In this document: in pieces, positions 48,178 to 57,444 of the stretch
Layout: every line of letters starts with the position of its first letter
Position numbering within the stretch: the first letter of the stretch is position 1
Assembly (NCBI GenBank): GCA_903884815.1
Contig: CAISGE010000027.1
Span: forward strand, 18,780 to 82,779
DNA from: Candidatus Omnitrophota bacterium
Lineage (GTDB): Bacteria > Omnitrophota > Omnitrophia > Omnitrophales > Aquincolibacteriaceae
Length of the DNA stretch: 64,000 bases
Direction: 5' to 3'
Notes under the pieces: generated by a model
Database searches by the model: none
Seen by the model: only the letters and a program-made list of their open reading frames with translations
Told to the model about the DNA's origin: nothing
Position numbers and translations under genes: made by a program

Positions 48178-50241
48178 ATGAAAGTCGCTGAACCGGAAAG
48201 CGGGGAATTGCGCTATATCAAAGGCGTAGGCCCTAAGAGATGCCTTCTATTTCAGAAGATTGGCATCCATTCTGTCCGCGATCTCCTGTATCTTTTTCCG
48301 CGCCGTTATGAAGACCGTTCCCACTTTGCTCCGCTAGATGAACTCCCTTTTGAAGAACCCATTACTTGCCGCGGAGAGATCGTCGACGTCAAGTTCAAGC
48401 CGATTCGAGGCATGCCGCTTGTTGAGATCCTGATCGGCGACGCGGGGGGAACCTTGCGCGTGGTCTGGTTCAATCAACCCTATTTAAAAAATATTTTTCA
48501 ATGCGGGCAGCAAGTCATTCTTTTCGGAAAAGTCGAGGCCTATAAAAAAAGCCTCCAAATGTCCAACCCCGAGTTCGAGATCGTCGACGGTCCAAGCGGG
48601 GAATCGATCCACACCGGCCGCATCACGCCGATCTACCCGCTGACCGAGGGACTTTTCCAACGTTCGCTTCGGACAACCCTCAAGGAAGCGATCGACCATC
48701 ACCTTGCCGGTGCGATTATTGATTTCCTGCCACAAGAATTACGAACAAGGCTGGATCTGATGCCGCTCGATCAATCCCTTCGCGAAATGCATCTGCCAAC
48801 GACTTTTGAGACGCTGGATAAGGCCCGGCGGCGCATTGTTTTTGATGAATTCTTCTCATTCGAGCTTCAACTATTCCTCAAGGTCAAAGCCATTCGCCGC
48901 GAGTATCAGTCGCCGGCATTCCGCATCAGTCCCGGACTCATCGATGAGTTCAGGAGTTCTCTGCCATTTCAATTCACCGGAAGCCAGGAAAAAGCGGTAC
49001 TCGACCTGGTCAAAGATCTTGAGCGGACGGTCCCCATGAATCGTTTGCTTCAGGGAGACGTAGGGTCCGGAAAGACCGTAGTCGCTGCTTTCGCGCTCCT
49101 TGCGAGCCATCGGTCCGGACATCAATCCGCGTTCCTGATCCCCACCGAGATCCTCGCCGAGCAACACTTCCGAACCCTTGTAAAATTCCTGGAACCTCTA
49201 GGCATTCGTCCTGAACTCTTAACGAAAAGCACCGAAACGGACAAGCGAGCGCGGCTCATCTCGGAACTCAAGCAGGGGAAAGTACCGGTTATTGTTGGGA
49301 CTCACGCACTTTTGCAAGAAGATGTGACCTTTAAGAACCTGGGCCTACTTGTGGTCGATGAGCAGCACAAGTTTGGCGTTCACCAGCGTAACCAGCTCTT
49401 ACAGAGAAATCCAAGACCCCATCAGCTAGTCATGACCGCCACGCCGATCCCGAGGACTTTGGCCCTCACGGTTTACGCGGATTTGGATATCTCCACGATG
49501 AAGGACCTGCCGACGGGGCGCTTGCCGATCAAAACCTACTGGATCACACGCAAGAAGCAGCCGGACATCTTCACCCACATGGCCGACCGCATCCAGAAAG
49601 GGGAACAAGCATATATCGTCTTTCCGTTGATCGAAGAAACTGAAAAGACGGATCTTCTCGCGGCAAAAAAGGAATTTGAGCGTCTCCGCAAGACCGTCTT
49701 TTCGAAATACCGCCTGGGGCTTGTTCATGGAAAGATGGAGCGCTCGGAGCGTGAAACGACCATGCGCGCCTTCACCCGCGGCGAAATCGATATCCTTGTC
49801 GCGACTTCGGTGATCGAAGTCGGCGTCGACCAGCCAAACGCCACCATGATGATCATCGAGAACGCCGAACGTTTTGGCCTCGCGCAGCTCCACCAGCTTC
49901 GCGGTCGCATCGGTCGCGGCACTCTCGAATCGGAGTGTTTCCTCTTTGGGGAACCCACGACAGCAGAAGGTAAAATGCGCCTTCGCCTGCTCACAAAACT
50001 TTCGGACGGATTCCTCATCGCCGACGAGGATCTGAAGCTCCGCGGGCAGGGAGATCTCTGGGGGATACGCCAGTCCGGAGAACCCCTTTTCCGGGTTGCG
50101 CATCCGATCCTGGACGAAGCGATTCTCCTCCAGGCGCGCCAGGAAGCCCGAAAATGGATCGCTGAGGTCCCGGACGTTGACGGTCCCAAAATTCCAGTCT
50201 GGATCCAAAAATATCTCGAACAAATGCCTAAAACCGATTAG
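48178..50241 (+). CDS. recG: ATP-dependent DNA helicase RecG
   Basis: Wedge domain, Walker A GDVGSGKT, DEQH, helicase C motifs (QLHQLRGRIGRG). Confidence 0.9.
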   Translation: MKVAEPESGELRYIKGVGPKRCLLFQKIGIHSVRDLLYLFPRRYEDRSHFAPLDELPFEEPITCRGEIVDVKFKPIRGMPLVEILIGDAGGTLRVVWFNQPYLKNIFQCGQQVILFGKVEAYKKSLQMSNPEFEIVDGPSGESIHTGRITPIYPLTEGLFQRSLRTTLKEAIDHHLAGAIIDFLPQELRTRLDLMPLDQSLREMHLPTTFETLDKARRRIVFDEFFSFELQLFLKVKAIRREYQSPAFRISPGLIDEFRSSLPFQFTGSQEKAVLDLVKDLERTVPMNRLLQGDVGSGKTVVAAFALLASHRSGHQSAFLIPTEILAEQHFRTLVKFLEPLGIRPELLTKSTETDKRARLISELKQGKVPVIVGTHALLQEDVTFKNLGLLVVDEQHKFGVHQRNQLLQRNPRPHQLVMTATPIPRTLALTVYADLDISTMKDLPTGRLPIKTYWITRKKQPDIFTHMADRIQKGEQAYIVFPLIEETEKTDLLAAKKEFERLRKTVFSKYRLGLVHGKMERSERETTMRAFTRGEIDILVATSVIEVGVDQPNATMMIIENAERFGLAQLHQLRGRIGRGTLESECFLFGEPTTAEGKMRLRLLTKLSDGFLIADEDLKLRGQGDLWGIRQSGEPLFRVAHPILDEAILLQARQEARKWIAEVPDVDGPKIPVWIQKYLEQMPKTD

Positions 50242-50252
50242 ACTACCGGGCC

Positions 50253-50852
50253 ATGCGCATCATCAGCGGTAAATTCAAATCCCGGAAGATTGATTTTCCC
50301 AAGAACAAGCTGACCCGTCCCATGACGGATCGGACGAAAGAGACCCTTTTTAATATCGTGGGCTCCTTCGTCTTTGGAAAACATGTGCTGGATCTCTATG
50401 CGGGATCGGGAAGTCTTGGATTGGAGGCCTTAAGCCGGGGCTCTATCAGCGCCACTTTCGTGGATCAGGCGCCTTGGGCTCAAAAGGTCATCGAGAAGAA
50501 CTTGGCAGGGCTCGGAATCAGCCATCAAGGCACACGTCTCGCGATGGATATCCTCCCGGCCATTCGCAAACTTGAAAAGGAAAAGCGGGGATTCGCGCTG
50601 ATCTTCGTCGATCCGCCTTTCATGAAAGGCCTGGTCAAAAAGACATTGATGCGGTTGGACGCGTCTGATATAGTCCTGCCGTTTGCGCAGGTCGTCGTCG
50701 GGCATATGTGGCGGGAAGAGCTGCCGAACGCCGAACTCAAGAACCTCAAATGGGTCCGCACTAAAAGGATCGGGCAAGCCTGCCTCTCCTTCTTTTTCCG
50801 ATTGGAATCTACTAATGAAAAAACGAAAAGCTATATATCCGGGGAGCTTTGA
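50253..50852 (+). CDS. rsmD: 16S rRNA (guanine966-N2)-methyltransferase
   Basis: MRIISGKFKSRKI...TDRTKE.LFN...LDLYAGSGSLGLEALSRG...DPPF motifs. Confidence 0.8.
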   Translation: MRIISGKFKSRKIDFPKNKLTRPMTDRTKETLFNIVGSFVFGKHVLDLYAGSGSLGLEALSRGSISATFVDQAPWAQKVIEKNLAGLGISHQGTRLAMDILPAIRKLEKEKRGFALIFVDPPFMKGLVKKTLMRLDASDIVLPFAQVVVGHMWREELPNAELKNLKWVRTKRIGQACLSFFFRLESTNEKTKSYISGEL

Positions 50853-51312
50853 TCCTGTCACGTTCGGTCATCTGGATCTGATCGAACGAGCCCTGGATCT
50901 CTTCGACGAGCTGATCGTGGTGGTTGCCTCGAACCCTTCCAAGAAAACCCTTTTCTCAGCGGACGAGCGCGTGGATTTTCTAAAAAAAGCACTAAAAAAC
51001 CGCCCCCAAGTTCAAGTCCAAAGCTGGGAGGGTTTGACGGTCACGCTTGCGGAAAAGGAAAAAGCCTTTACTCTTATCCGGGGAATCCGGGCGACCTCGG
51101 ATTTTGATTACGAGTTCCAGATGGCGCTCACGAATCGGAAGCTCGCACCCAAGATCGACACCATGTTCCTGATGCCCTCCGAGTCCCATTTCTATCTTTC
51201 GTCGCGCCTGATCAAAGAGATCGCTCAGTTGGGGGGCAATGTAACCCGCTTTGTCCCGGCACCCGTCGCTGCTCAGATCAGGCAAAAATTCTCTACACGA
51301 AGGGATCGTTGA
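50815..51312 (+). CDS. coaD: phosphopantetheine adenylyltransferase
   Basis: KAIYPGSFDPVTFGHLD (the T/HxGH motif). 38-nt overlap with rsmD. Confidence 0.9.
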   Translation: MKKRKAIYPGSFDPVTFGHLDLIERALDLFDELIVVVASNPSKKTLFSADERVDFLKKALKNRPQVQVQSWEGLTVTLAEKEKAFTLIRGIRATSDFDYEFQMALTNRKLAPKIDTMFLMPSESHFYLSSRLIKEIAQLGGNVTRFVPAPVAAQIRQKFSTRRDR

Positions 51313-51313
51313 C

Positions 51314-51796
51314 ATGAAGTTGATCCTGTCAGATTTCGAAGAGGGAATTGCAATTCTCGTTGAGGGGACCTACGACGCCAAAACGATTGAGGTCGAATAC
51401 CCCGACATGATTTACACAGAGCCCATACTTTTGAAGGGGGAGGCCGAAAAAGGACCCGGCATCCTCCGATTCCAAGGGGTATTGACCACGGCGGTTAAAC
51501 GTTTTTGCGGCAAGTGTCTGAAGGAAAAAAGCGAGCAGCTTTCCTGTGATTTTGACTGGATTTTTGACCTTTCGGGCAAAGACACGGTCGAACCTTTGGA
51601 GAATGTTCGAGAACTTTTGATCCTAGAGCACCCTCTGGTGCATCTGTGCCGGGAGGATTGCAAAGGCCTTTGCCCGTACTGCGGCATTGATCGCAATGAA
51701 GGCACTTGCAATTGTAAAGGAAATGGCTATTATGCTTCCCCAGTCATCATAAAAAAAGCGAAATCCAACAAGGAGCGAAATCATGGCACATCCTAA
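51314..51796 (+). CDS. yceD: YceD/DUF177 family protein (23S rRNA accumulation protein), upstream of rpmF
   Basis: Conserved position before rpmF-plsX. C-terminal Cys cluster CxxxCxGLCPYCG...C.C is typical of DUF177. Confidence 0.7.
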   Translation: MKLILSDFEEGIAILVEGTYDAKTIEVEYPDMIYTEPILLKGEAEKGPGILRFQGVLTTAVKRFCGKCLKEKSEQLSCDFDWIFDLSGKDTVEPLENVRELLILEHPLVHLCREDCKGLCPYCGIDRNEGTCNCKGNGYYASPVIIKKAKSNKERNHGTS

Positions 51797-51980
51797 GAGA
51801 AGACATTCTAATACGCGCACGAACCTGCGCCGGGCCCACGACTTTCTGGTCCCGAAGTCCCGTTCGCAGTGCAGCCAGTGTGCCGCGTTTATCCTGCCGC
51901 ACCGCGTTTGCACCAAATGCGGCTTCTATAAAGGGAAGCTGGTCAAGGTGATCAAAGTCAAAACAAAGGCAAAGGAATAG
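51783..51980 (+). CDS. rpmF: 50S ribosomal protein L32
   Basis: MAHPKRRHS start. Zn-ribbon CSQC...CTKCG. Confidence 0.9.
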   Translation: MAHPKRRHSNTRTNLRRAHDFLVPKSRSQCSQCAAFILPHRVCTKCGFYKGKLVKVIKVKTKAKE

Positions 51981-51985
51981 CCCGT

Positions 51986-53035
51986 ATGATCCGTATTGCT
52001 CTGGACGGAATGGGCGGGGATTACGCCCCCCAGGTCGTGGTCGAAGGCGCCGTATTGGCCGCTAACGATTTTGAACACCTGGAGATCGTCCTTGTAGGAC
52101 AAACAGCCGCCCTCAAACGAGAATTAAATAAGCACAAGGTACTCGGCGGCAAGATCGTCATCCACGAAGCGAGCGAAGTCATCGGCATGGGGGAATCGCC
52201 CGTCGCCGCGCTTCGCAAGAAAAAGGATTCTTCGATCGGCGTCTGCATCGATCTTCTCAAGAAAAAAGAGTGTGCCGCCGCTGTTTCCGCCGGCAATACC
52301 GGCGCCATGGTCGCGGCCTCCACGCTGCTCCTCGGTCTGCTGCCCGGGATCAAGCGCCCTGGCATCGCCATCGCAACGCCCACACTTCATGGCATGTCTG
52401 TCACAATGGACGTCGGCGCGAACCTCAATCCTTCCGCTTTTGAACTTTTTCAATATGCACTCATGGCGGATGTCTTTGCCAAAAGCATCCTGAAGAAAAA
52501 ACGCCCCACGGTTGGCCTTCTGAACATCGGAGAGGAAGAGTCCAAGGGAACCGAGGTCCTCAAAGACACCTATAAACTGCTCAGGGAGTCCACGCTGAAT
52601 TTCATCGGGAATATCGAAGGACGTGATTTTTTCTCCGGCAAAGCCGATTGTATTATTTGCGACGGCTTCGTCGGTAATGTCGTTCTCAAGATGATCGAAA
52701 GCGTTCTCGAGACGACCGTTGCGCTGATCAGCCGGGAGCTCCGTAAGAACTGGCTCACAGCGATTGCCGCCTGGCTCTTGAAGCCGGCTCTTTCATCGAT
52801 CCGCAAGGAAACGGATTATGAAGAAGCAGGCGGGGCACCGCTTCTCGGCGTCGACGGAAACATCATCATCAGCCATGGAATTTCTTCCGCACTTGCCATC
52901 CGCAACGCGATTCGCGTCGCGGGGGAACTTGTTACCACGCGCGTCAATGCGCAGATCGTGGATGCCATCACGCCGTACCTGAATCATTGTGTTCCGCCCG
53001 CTCCTCCGGTTGAACGCAAACCCAGCAATGCTTAA
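51986..53035 (+). CDS. plsX: phosphate acyltransferase PlsX
   Basis: IALDGMGGDYAP...NTGAMVAAS, matching the PlsX family. Confidence 0.9.
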   Translation: MIRIALDGMGGDYAPQVVVEGAVLAANDFEHLEIVLVGQTAALKRELNKHKVLGGKIVIHEASEVIGMGESPVAALRKKKDSSIGVCIDLLKKKECAAAVSAGNTGAMVAASTLLLGLLPGIKRPGIAIATPTLHGMSVTMDVGANLNPSAFELFQYALMADVFAKSILKKKRPTVGLLNIGEEESKGTEVLKDTYKLLRESTLNFIGNIEGRDFFSGKADCIICDGFVGNVVLKMIESVLETTVALISRELRKNWLTAIAAWLLKPALSSIRKETDYEEAGGAPLLGVDGNIIISHGISSALAIRNAIRVAGELVTTRVNAQIVDAITPYLNHCVPPAPPVERKPSNA

Positions 53036-53065
53036 TTAATCCAAAGCAAACCCAATAAAGGAATT

Positions 53066-54052
53066 ATGACCGCACCCTATCGTGCTGCCATTACAGGCCT
53101 CGGAGCGTATCTTCCCGAGAGAATTTTGACCAACGCAGAGATCGAAAAGATCGTGGATACCACGGACGAGTGGATCCGTACCCGAACAGGGATCCGTGAG
53201 CGGCGTGTTGCCGCCCCGGAGCAGGCCACGAGCGATCTGGCCTTGCCGGCTGCCCAGGAAGCCATTAAGAACGCCGGGCTAACACCTCAGGACCTCGATC
53301 TGATCATCGTCGCGACCACATCGCCGGACATGATCTTCCCGTCCGCATCTTGTTATCTTCAGGCAAAACTCGGCGCGACCTGCGGCGCCTTCGATCTAGC
53401 TGCCGCATGTTCGGGTTTTGCTTACGCCCTCTCGGTCGCGGAAGGATTCATAAAATCCGGCATCTATAAGCATGTGCTCGTCGTAGGCGCGGAAACCATC
53501 ACACGCTTTATCGACTGGAAAGACCGCGGCACCTGCGTTCTTTTCGGTGACGGCGCCGGAGCCGCGGTCATTTCCCGTTCAATGGACGGACATGGCATTC
53601 TCGCATCCTATCTTGGGGCTGACGGAAATCAGAGCGAGATACTCCAGATCCCCGCGGGGGGATCCCGGATCCCTCCGAGCGCTGATAGCGTGGCCAGCGG
53701 ACAGCACTATATACGCATGGCGGGTCCCGAGCTTTTTAAGATCGCCGTCAAGACCATGGATCAGGCCGTCCGCAAGGTTCTCGCCCAGGAAAATCTCCAA
53801 GTAAGTGACATTAATTGCCTCATCCCGCATCAGGCGAATAACCGCATTCTTCAAGCGGTGGCGGACCGGCTCGAGATCCCTGCCGAAAAAGTTTTTATCA
53901 ATGTGGACCGTTACGGCAATATGTCGAGCGCTTCCACGGTCGTTGCACTTTATGAAGCTGTCAAAACAGGCGTCGTGAAGAAAGGGGACTATGTCGTCCT
54001 CGTCGCTTTCGGCGGCGGCCTCACTTGGGGCGCTAGCCTCATCAAGTGGTGA
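53066..54052 (+). CDS. fabH: 3-oxoacyl-ACP synthase III
   Basis: Active-site Cys (AAACSGF), His (IPHQAN) and Asn (NVDRYGNMSSAS) triad. Confidence 0.9.
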   Translation: MTAPYRAAITGLGAYLPERILTNAEIEKIVDTTDEWIRTRTGIRERRVAAPEQATSDLALPAAQEAIKNAGLTPQDLDLIIVATTSPDMIFPSASCYLQAKLGATCGAFDLAAACSGFAYALSVAEGFIKSGIYKHVLVVGAETITRFIDWKDRGTCVLFGDGAGAAVISRSMDGHGILASYLGADGNQSEILQIPAGGSRIPPSADSVASGQHYIRMAGPELFKIAVKTMDQAVRKVLAQENLQVSDINCLIPHQANNRILQAVADRLEIPAEKVFINVDRYGNMSSASTVVALYEAVKTGVVKKGDYVVLVAFGGGLTWGASLIKW

Positions 54053-54056
54053 TCGA

Positions 54057-54998
54057 ATGACCAAAGCCATTGGTTTCTTATTTCCAGGACAGGGCGCTCA
54101 ATTCCTCGGCATGGGAAAAGATCTTTTTGAGCAAAGTCCCGCGGCGCGTCAGGTCTATGAAAAAGCCGACCGGATCCTAGGCTACTCGATCAGCCAGATC
54201 TGTTTCGCCGGCCCCGAAACGGAGTTGATGCGAACTCTCTATGCTCAAACCGGTATTCTCGTGACGAGCCTCGCGGCTCTTGCCGCCATCCGTGAAAGGA
54301 TGCCCGGCCTTCAACCTTCACTCGTCGCGGGACTCAGCCTTGGTGAATTCACGGCGCTGACCGCATCTGAAGCTATCTCTTTTGAAGACGCGCTAAAGCT
54401 GGTCCAGGTCCGCGCTGAAGCTATGGAAAATGCCGCCAAAAATCATCCGGGCACCATGGCCTCAGTCATGGGTCTTGATCTGGAACAGTGCAAAGCCGTC
54501 GCCCAGGAAGCTCGGTGCGAAGTCGCGAATCTCAACACCCCTGATCAAACGGTACTTTCGGGAACATTTCCGGCCATCGAACAGGCCTGTAAGATCGCGG
54601 AAGCAAAGGGCGCCAAGCGCGCGCTGCCTCTCAAAGTCGGTGGCGCTTTCCACTCCTCCCTTATGGGCGAAGCCAAAGAACGCCTCGAGGCAGCACTCGC
54701 AAAAACGCCCATCCGCGAGCCTCTCTGTTCCTTCATTCCCAATGTCACAGCCGAGCCCGTTTCCCATCCCGATGAAATACGAGCCCTTCTCGCTAAGCAG
54801 CTCACCAGTTCGGTTCAATGGGTTGGGACGATGGCAACGGCCAAGGAATCCGGGATCAAGACTTATCTTGAGATCGGTCCGGGAAAGATCCTCAAAGGCC
54901 TGGCCCGAAAATGCCAACCCGAACTTGAAGTTCTTTCATTTGGCGCGATAGCCGATTTCAAAGGGCTTGAAGCGCTTAGTTTACTCGCACAATCCTAA
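54057..54998 (+). CDS. fabD: malonyl CoA-ACP transacylase
   Basis: FPGQGAQ, GLSLGEF active-site Ser. Start at MTKAIGFLF. Confidence 0.9.
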   Translation: MTKAIGFLFPGQGAQFLGMGKDLFEQSPAARQVYEKADRILGYSISQICFAGPETELMRTLYAQTGILVTSLAALAAIRERMPGLQPSLVAGLSLGEFTALTASEAISFEDALKLVQVRAEAMENAAKNHPGTMASVMGLDLEQCKAVAQEARCEVANLNTPDQTVLSGTFPAIEQACKIAEAKGAKRALPLKVGGAFHSSLMGEAKERLEAALAKTPIREPLCSFIPNVTAEPVSHPDEIRALLAKQLTSSVQWVGTMATAKESGIKTYLEIGPGKILKGLARKCQPELEVLSFGAIADFKGLEALSLLAQS

Positions 54999-55014
54999 CC
55001 TTAAGGAGACCACG

Positions 55015-55758
55015 ATGATCTTTAAAGATAAAGTAGCACTTATCACCGGCGCCGGTCGGGGAATTGGGCAGTCGATCGCCCTCGCTTTCGCAAAAGAGGG
55101 CGCAACTTTGGTTCTTTCTGACCTGAAAACCGAGTTTTTGACTGAGACAGAGACCCTCGCGAAGCAGGCCGGCTCACCGAAAGTACTCTTGACGCAAGGG
55201 AATGTCGCGAATGCAGGGGATGTCGCGCAAGTCGTCAAAATCGCCCTTGACACATATGAGCGCATAGATATACTCGTGAACGTTGCGGGAATTACGAAGG
55301 ATGGATTGCTCGCAACCATGTCCGAACAGGACTGGGACGATGTTCTTTCCATCAATCTGAAGAGCGCATTCCTCTTTACCAAGGAGTGCGCAAGGCCCAT
55401 GATGAAACAGCGAGCTGGAAACATCATCAATATCGCTTCAATCATCGGGATTGCCGGGAATGCCGGTCAAGCCAATTATGCAGCCTCCAAAGGCGGCATG
55501 ATCGCTTTGACAAAGAGCACTGCGAAAGAGTTGGCCAAGCGCAATGTCAGGGCCAATGCGATCGCGCCGGGGTTCATCAAATCCAAGATGACCGACAAGC
55601 TTCCGCCGGATCTGGTTGAGAAAATGGTAGAACGGATCGGGTTGAGGCGTATCGGGGAACCTCAAGATGTAGCGAATGTTGCCGTATTTCTGGCATCGGA
55701 CGCATCAGCGTACGTCACCGGACAGACGATCGTCGTGGACGGGGGTCTCGTAATCTGA
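55015..55758 (+). CDS. fabG: 3-oxoacyl-ACP reductase
   Basis: TGAGRGIGQ, NVAGIT, YAASKGG SDR motifs. AAGGAG RBS. Confidence 0.9.
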   Translation: MIFKDKVALITGAGRGIGQSIALAFAKEGATLVLSDLKTEFLTETETLAKQAGSPKVLLTQGNVANAGDVAQVVKIALDTYERIDILVNVAGITKDGLLATMSEQDWDDVLSINLKSAFLFTKECARPMMKQRAGNIINIASIIGIAGNAGQANYAASKGGMIALTKSTAKELAKRNVRANAIAPGFIKSKMTDKLPPDLVEKMVERIGLRRIGEPQDVANVAVFLASDASAYVTGQTIVVDGGLVI

Positions 55759-55807
55759 TGCATTTATCAAGCAGTAAAGCTTTCAATCCTTAAAGGAGGA
55801 AACATCA

Positions 55808-56047
55808 ATGGGCGTTGCAGAGAAGATCACAGAAATCATCGTTGAACAGCTTGGCGTGAAACCCGAGGAAGTCGTTCCCGAAGCCTCTTTCGTGGATGAT
55901 CTCGGCGCGGATTCACTCGATACGGTAGAGCTCGTTATGGCGTTCGAAGAAGAGTTCGGGGCGGAAATCCCGGATGAAGATGCCGAAAAGCTTCAGACCG
56001 TTGGTGACGCGATCAAGTACGTCGAAGAAAAGACGAGCCAGAAGTAG
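55808..56047 (+). CDS. acpP: acyl carrier protein
   Basis: [21 protein letters not shown] with the phosphopantetheine-attachment Ser. Confidence 0.9.
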   Translation: MGVAEKITEIIVEQLGVKPEEVVPEASFVDDLGADSLDTVELVMAFEEEFGAEIPDEDAEKLQTVGDAIKYVEEKTSQK

Positions 56048-56100
56048 TCGGCTCGTCGTTTCTCTCCCAACAACCGTTTGACTCAAGGAATCCAACTCAC

Positions 56101-57342
56101 ATGCGTCGTGTAGTTATTACAGGTATTGGCATGATTACCCCTGTGGCCAATACTGCCGAAGAAACCTGGCAGGGATTTTTAAAAGGCAAGAGCGGGACGG
56201 GTCCACTGACCCAACTTGACTCGACCCCTTTTAATTCCAAGGTCGCTGCCGAGGTTAAGAACTTCGAACCCACCAAGTACATGTCCCTCAAGGAAATCAA
56301 AAAGTCGGACATCTTTGTTCAGTTTGGGGTCGCCACCGCCAAAATGGCGATGGAAGATGCCAAACTCGACATTTCGAAGGTCGACGCTCACCGCGTCGGC
56401 ATTCTGGTCGGGTCGGGGATCGGCGGATTGCGAGTGATCGAGGAGCAACACAAGCAGATGATGGAAAAAGGACCGGGCCGTATTTCTCCCTTTCTGATTC
56501 CGATGCTCATCGTCAATATGGCTCCTGGAGCGATTTCGATCGCTTTGGGGTTAAAAGGACCCAGCACATGCGTCGCGACTGCCTGTGCGACGGGCTCCAA
56601 CGCCATCGGCGATGCCTTCAAGATCATCCAACGTGACGAAGCGGACATTATGTTCGCAGGCGGCACGGAATCCTGCATTACCAACCTTGGATTCGGTGGT
56701 TTCGATGCGATGAAAGCCTTGAGCACACACAATGAAAATCCCGAGACGGCCTCACGACCGTTTGATAAAACGCGCAGCGGGTTTGTCATGGGGGAAGGCT
56801 GTGCCGTTTTGATCATGGAAGAGCTGGAGCATGCAAAAAAGCGCGGCGCCAGGATCTATGCCGAAATGGCCGGCTATGGCATGACCTCGGACGCCAGTCA
56901 CATTACGGCGCCGGATCCGAGCGGTGAGGGAGCTGCCCGATGCATGGTGCTCGCCATGAAAGACGCAGGCCTCCGACCTGAGGATATTGATTACATCAAT
57001 GCGCATGGCACTTCCACCGCGATGAATGATAAAGTCGAGACGCTTGCGATTAAAAAAGCCCTTGGCGAAGATATCGCGCGCAAAGTGAGGATCAGTTCCA
57101 CAAAATCCATGACCGGGCATTTGCTAGGCGCGGCCGGTGCCGTGGAAGGTGTGGCGTGCGTCCTGGCCATCCGTGACCAGATCGTGCCTCCGACTATCAA
57201 TTACAAGCATCCGGATCCGGATTGTGATCTGAATTACGTTCCGAACGAGGCCCAAGCCTGCCGTGTTCGCGTCACGCTGTCGAACTCGCTAGGTTTCGGG
57301 GGACATAATGCCTGTATCGCTTTCAAAGCGTTTCAGGAATAG
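56101..57342 (+). CDS. fabF: 3-oxoacyl-ACP synthase II
   Basis: KAS-II Cys (ATACATGSNAIGDA), His-His (INAHGTST...GHLLGAAG). Confidence 0.9.
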   Translation: MRRVVITGIGMITPVANTAEETWQGFLKGKSGTGPLTQLDSTPFNSKVAAEVKNFEPTKYMSLKEIKKSDIFVQFGVATAKMAMEDAKLDISKVDAHRVGILVGSGIGGLRVIEEQHKQMMEKGPGRISPFLIPMLIVNMAPGAISIALGLKGPSTCVATACATGSNAIGDAFKIIQRDEADIMFAGGTESCITNLGFGGFDAMKALSTHNENPETASRPFDKTRSGFVMGEGCAVLIMEELEHAKKRGARIYAEMAGYGMTSDASHITAPDPSGEGAARCMVLAMKDAGLRPEDIDYINAHGTSTAMNDKVETLAIKKALGEDIARKVRISSTKSMTGHLLGAAGAVEGVACVLAIRDQIVPPTINYKHPDPDCDLNYVPNEAQACRVRVTLSNSLGFGGHNACIAFKAFQE

Positions 57343-57444
57343 TCCCTATCATTTACCTCTTCAGAGAACATCCTTTTCTGCCGTTTCTTTGAGTGCCAGC
57401 AACAACCCTAAAGGGGATCAGCTCTTTTCTAAGAGCGTGTGAGT

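Noticed and set aside
50815-50852. The 38-nt rsmD/coaD overlap as evidence of a frameshift or pseudogene
   Set aside because: Both proteins are full-length with intact motifs. The coaD start at MKKRKAIYPGSFDP is canonical. Overlaps of this kind are frequent throughout this compact region.
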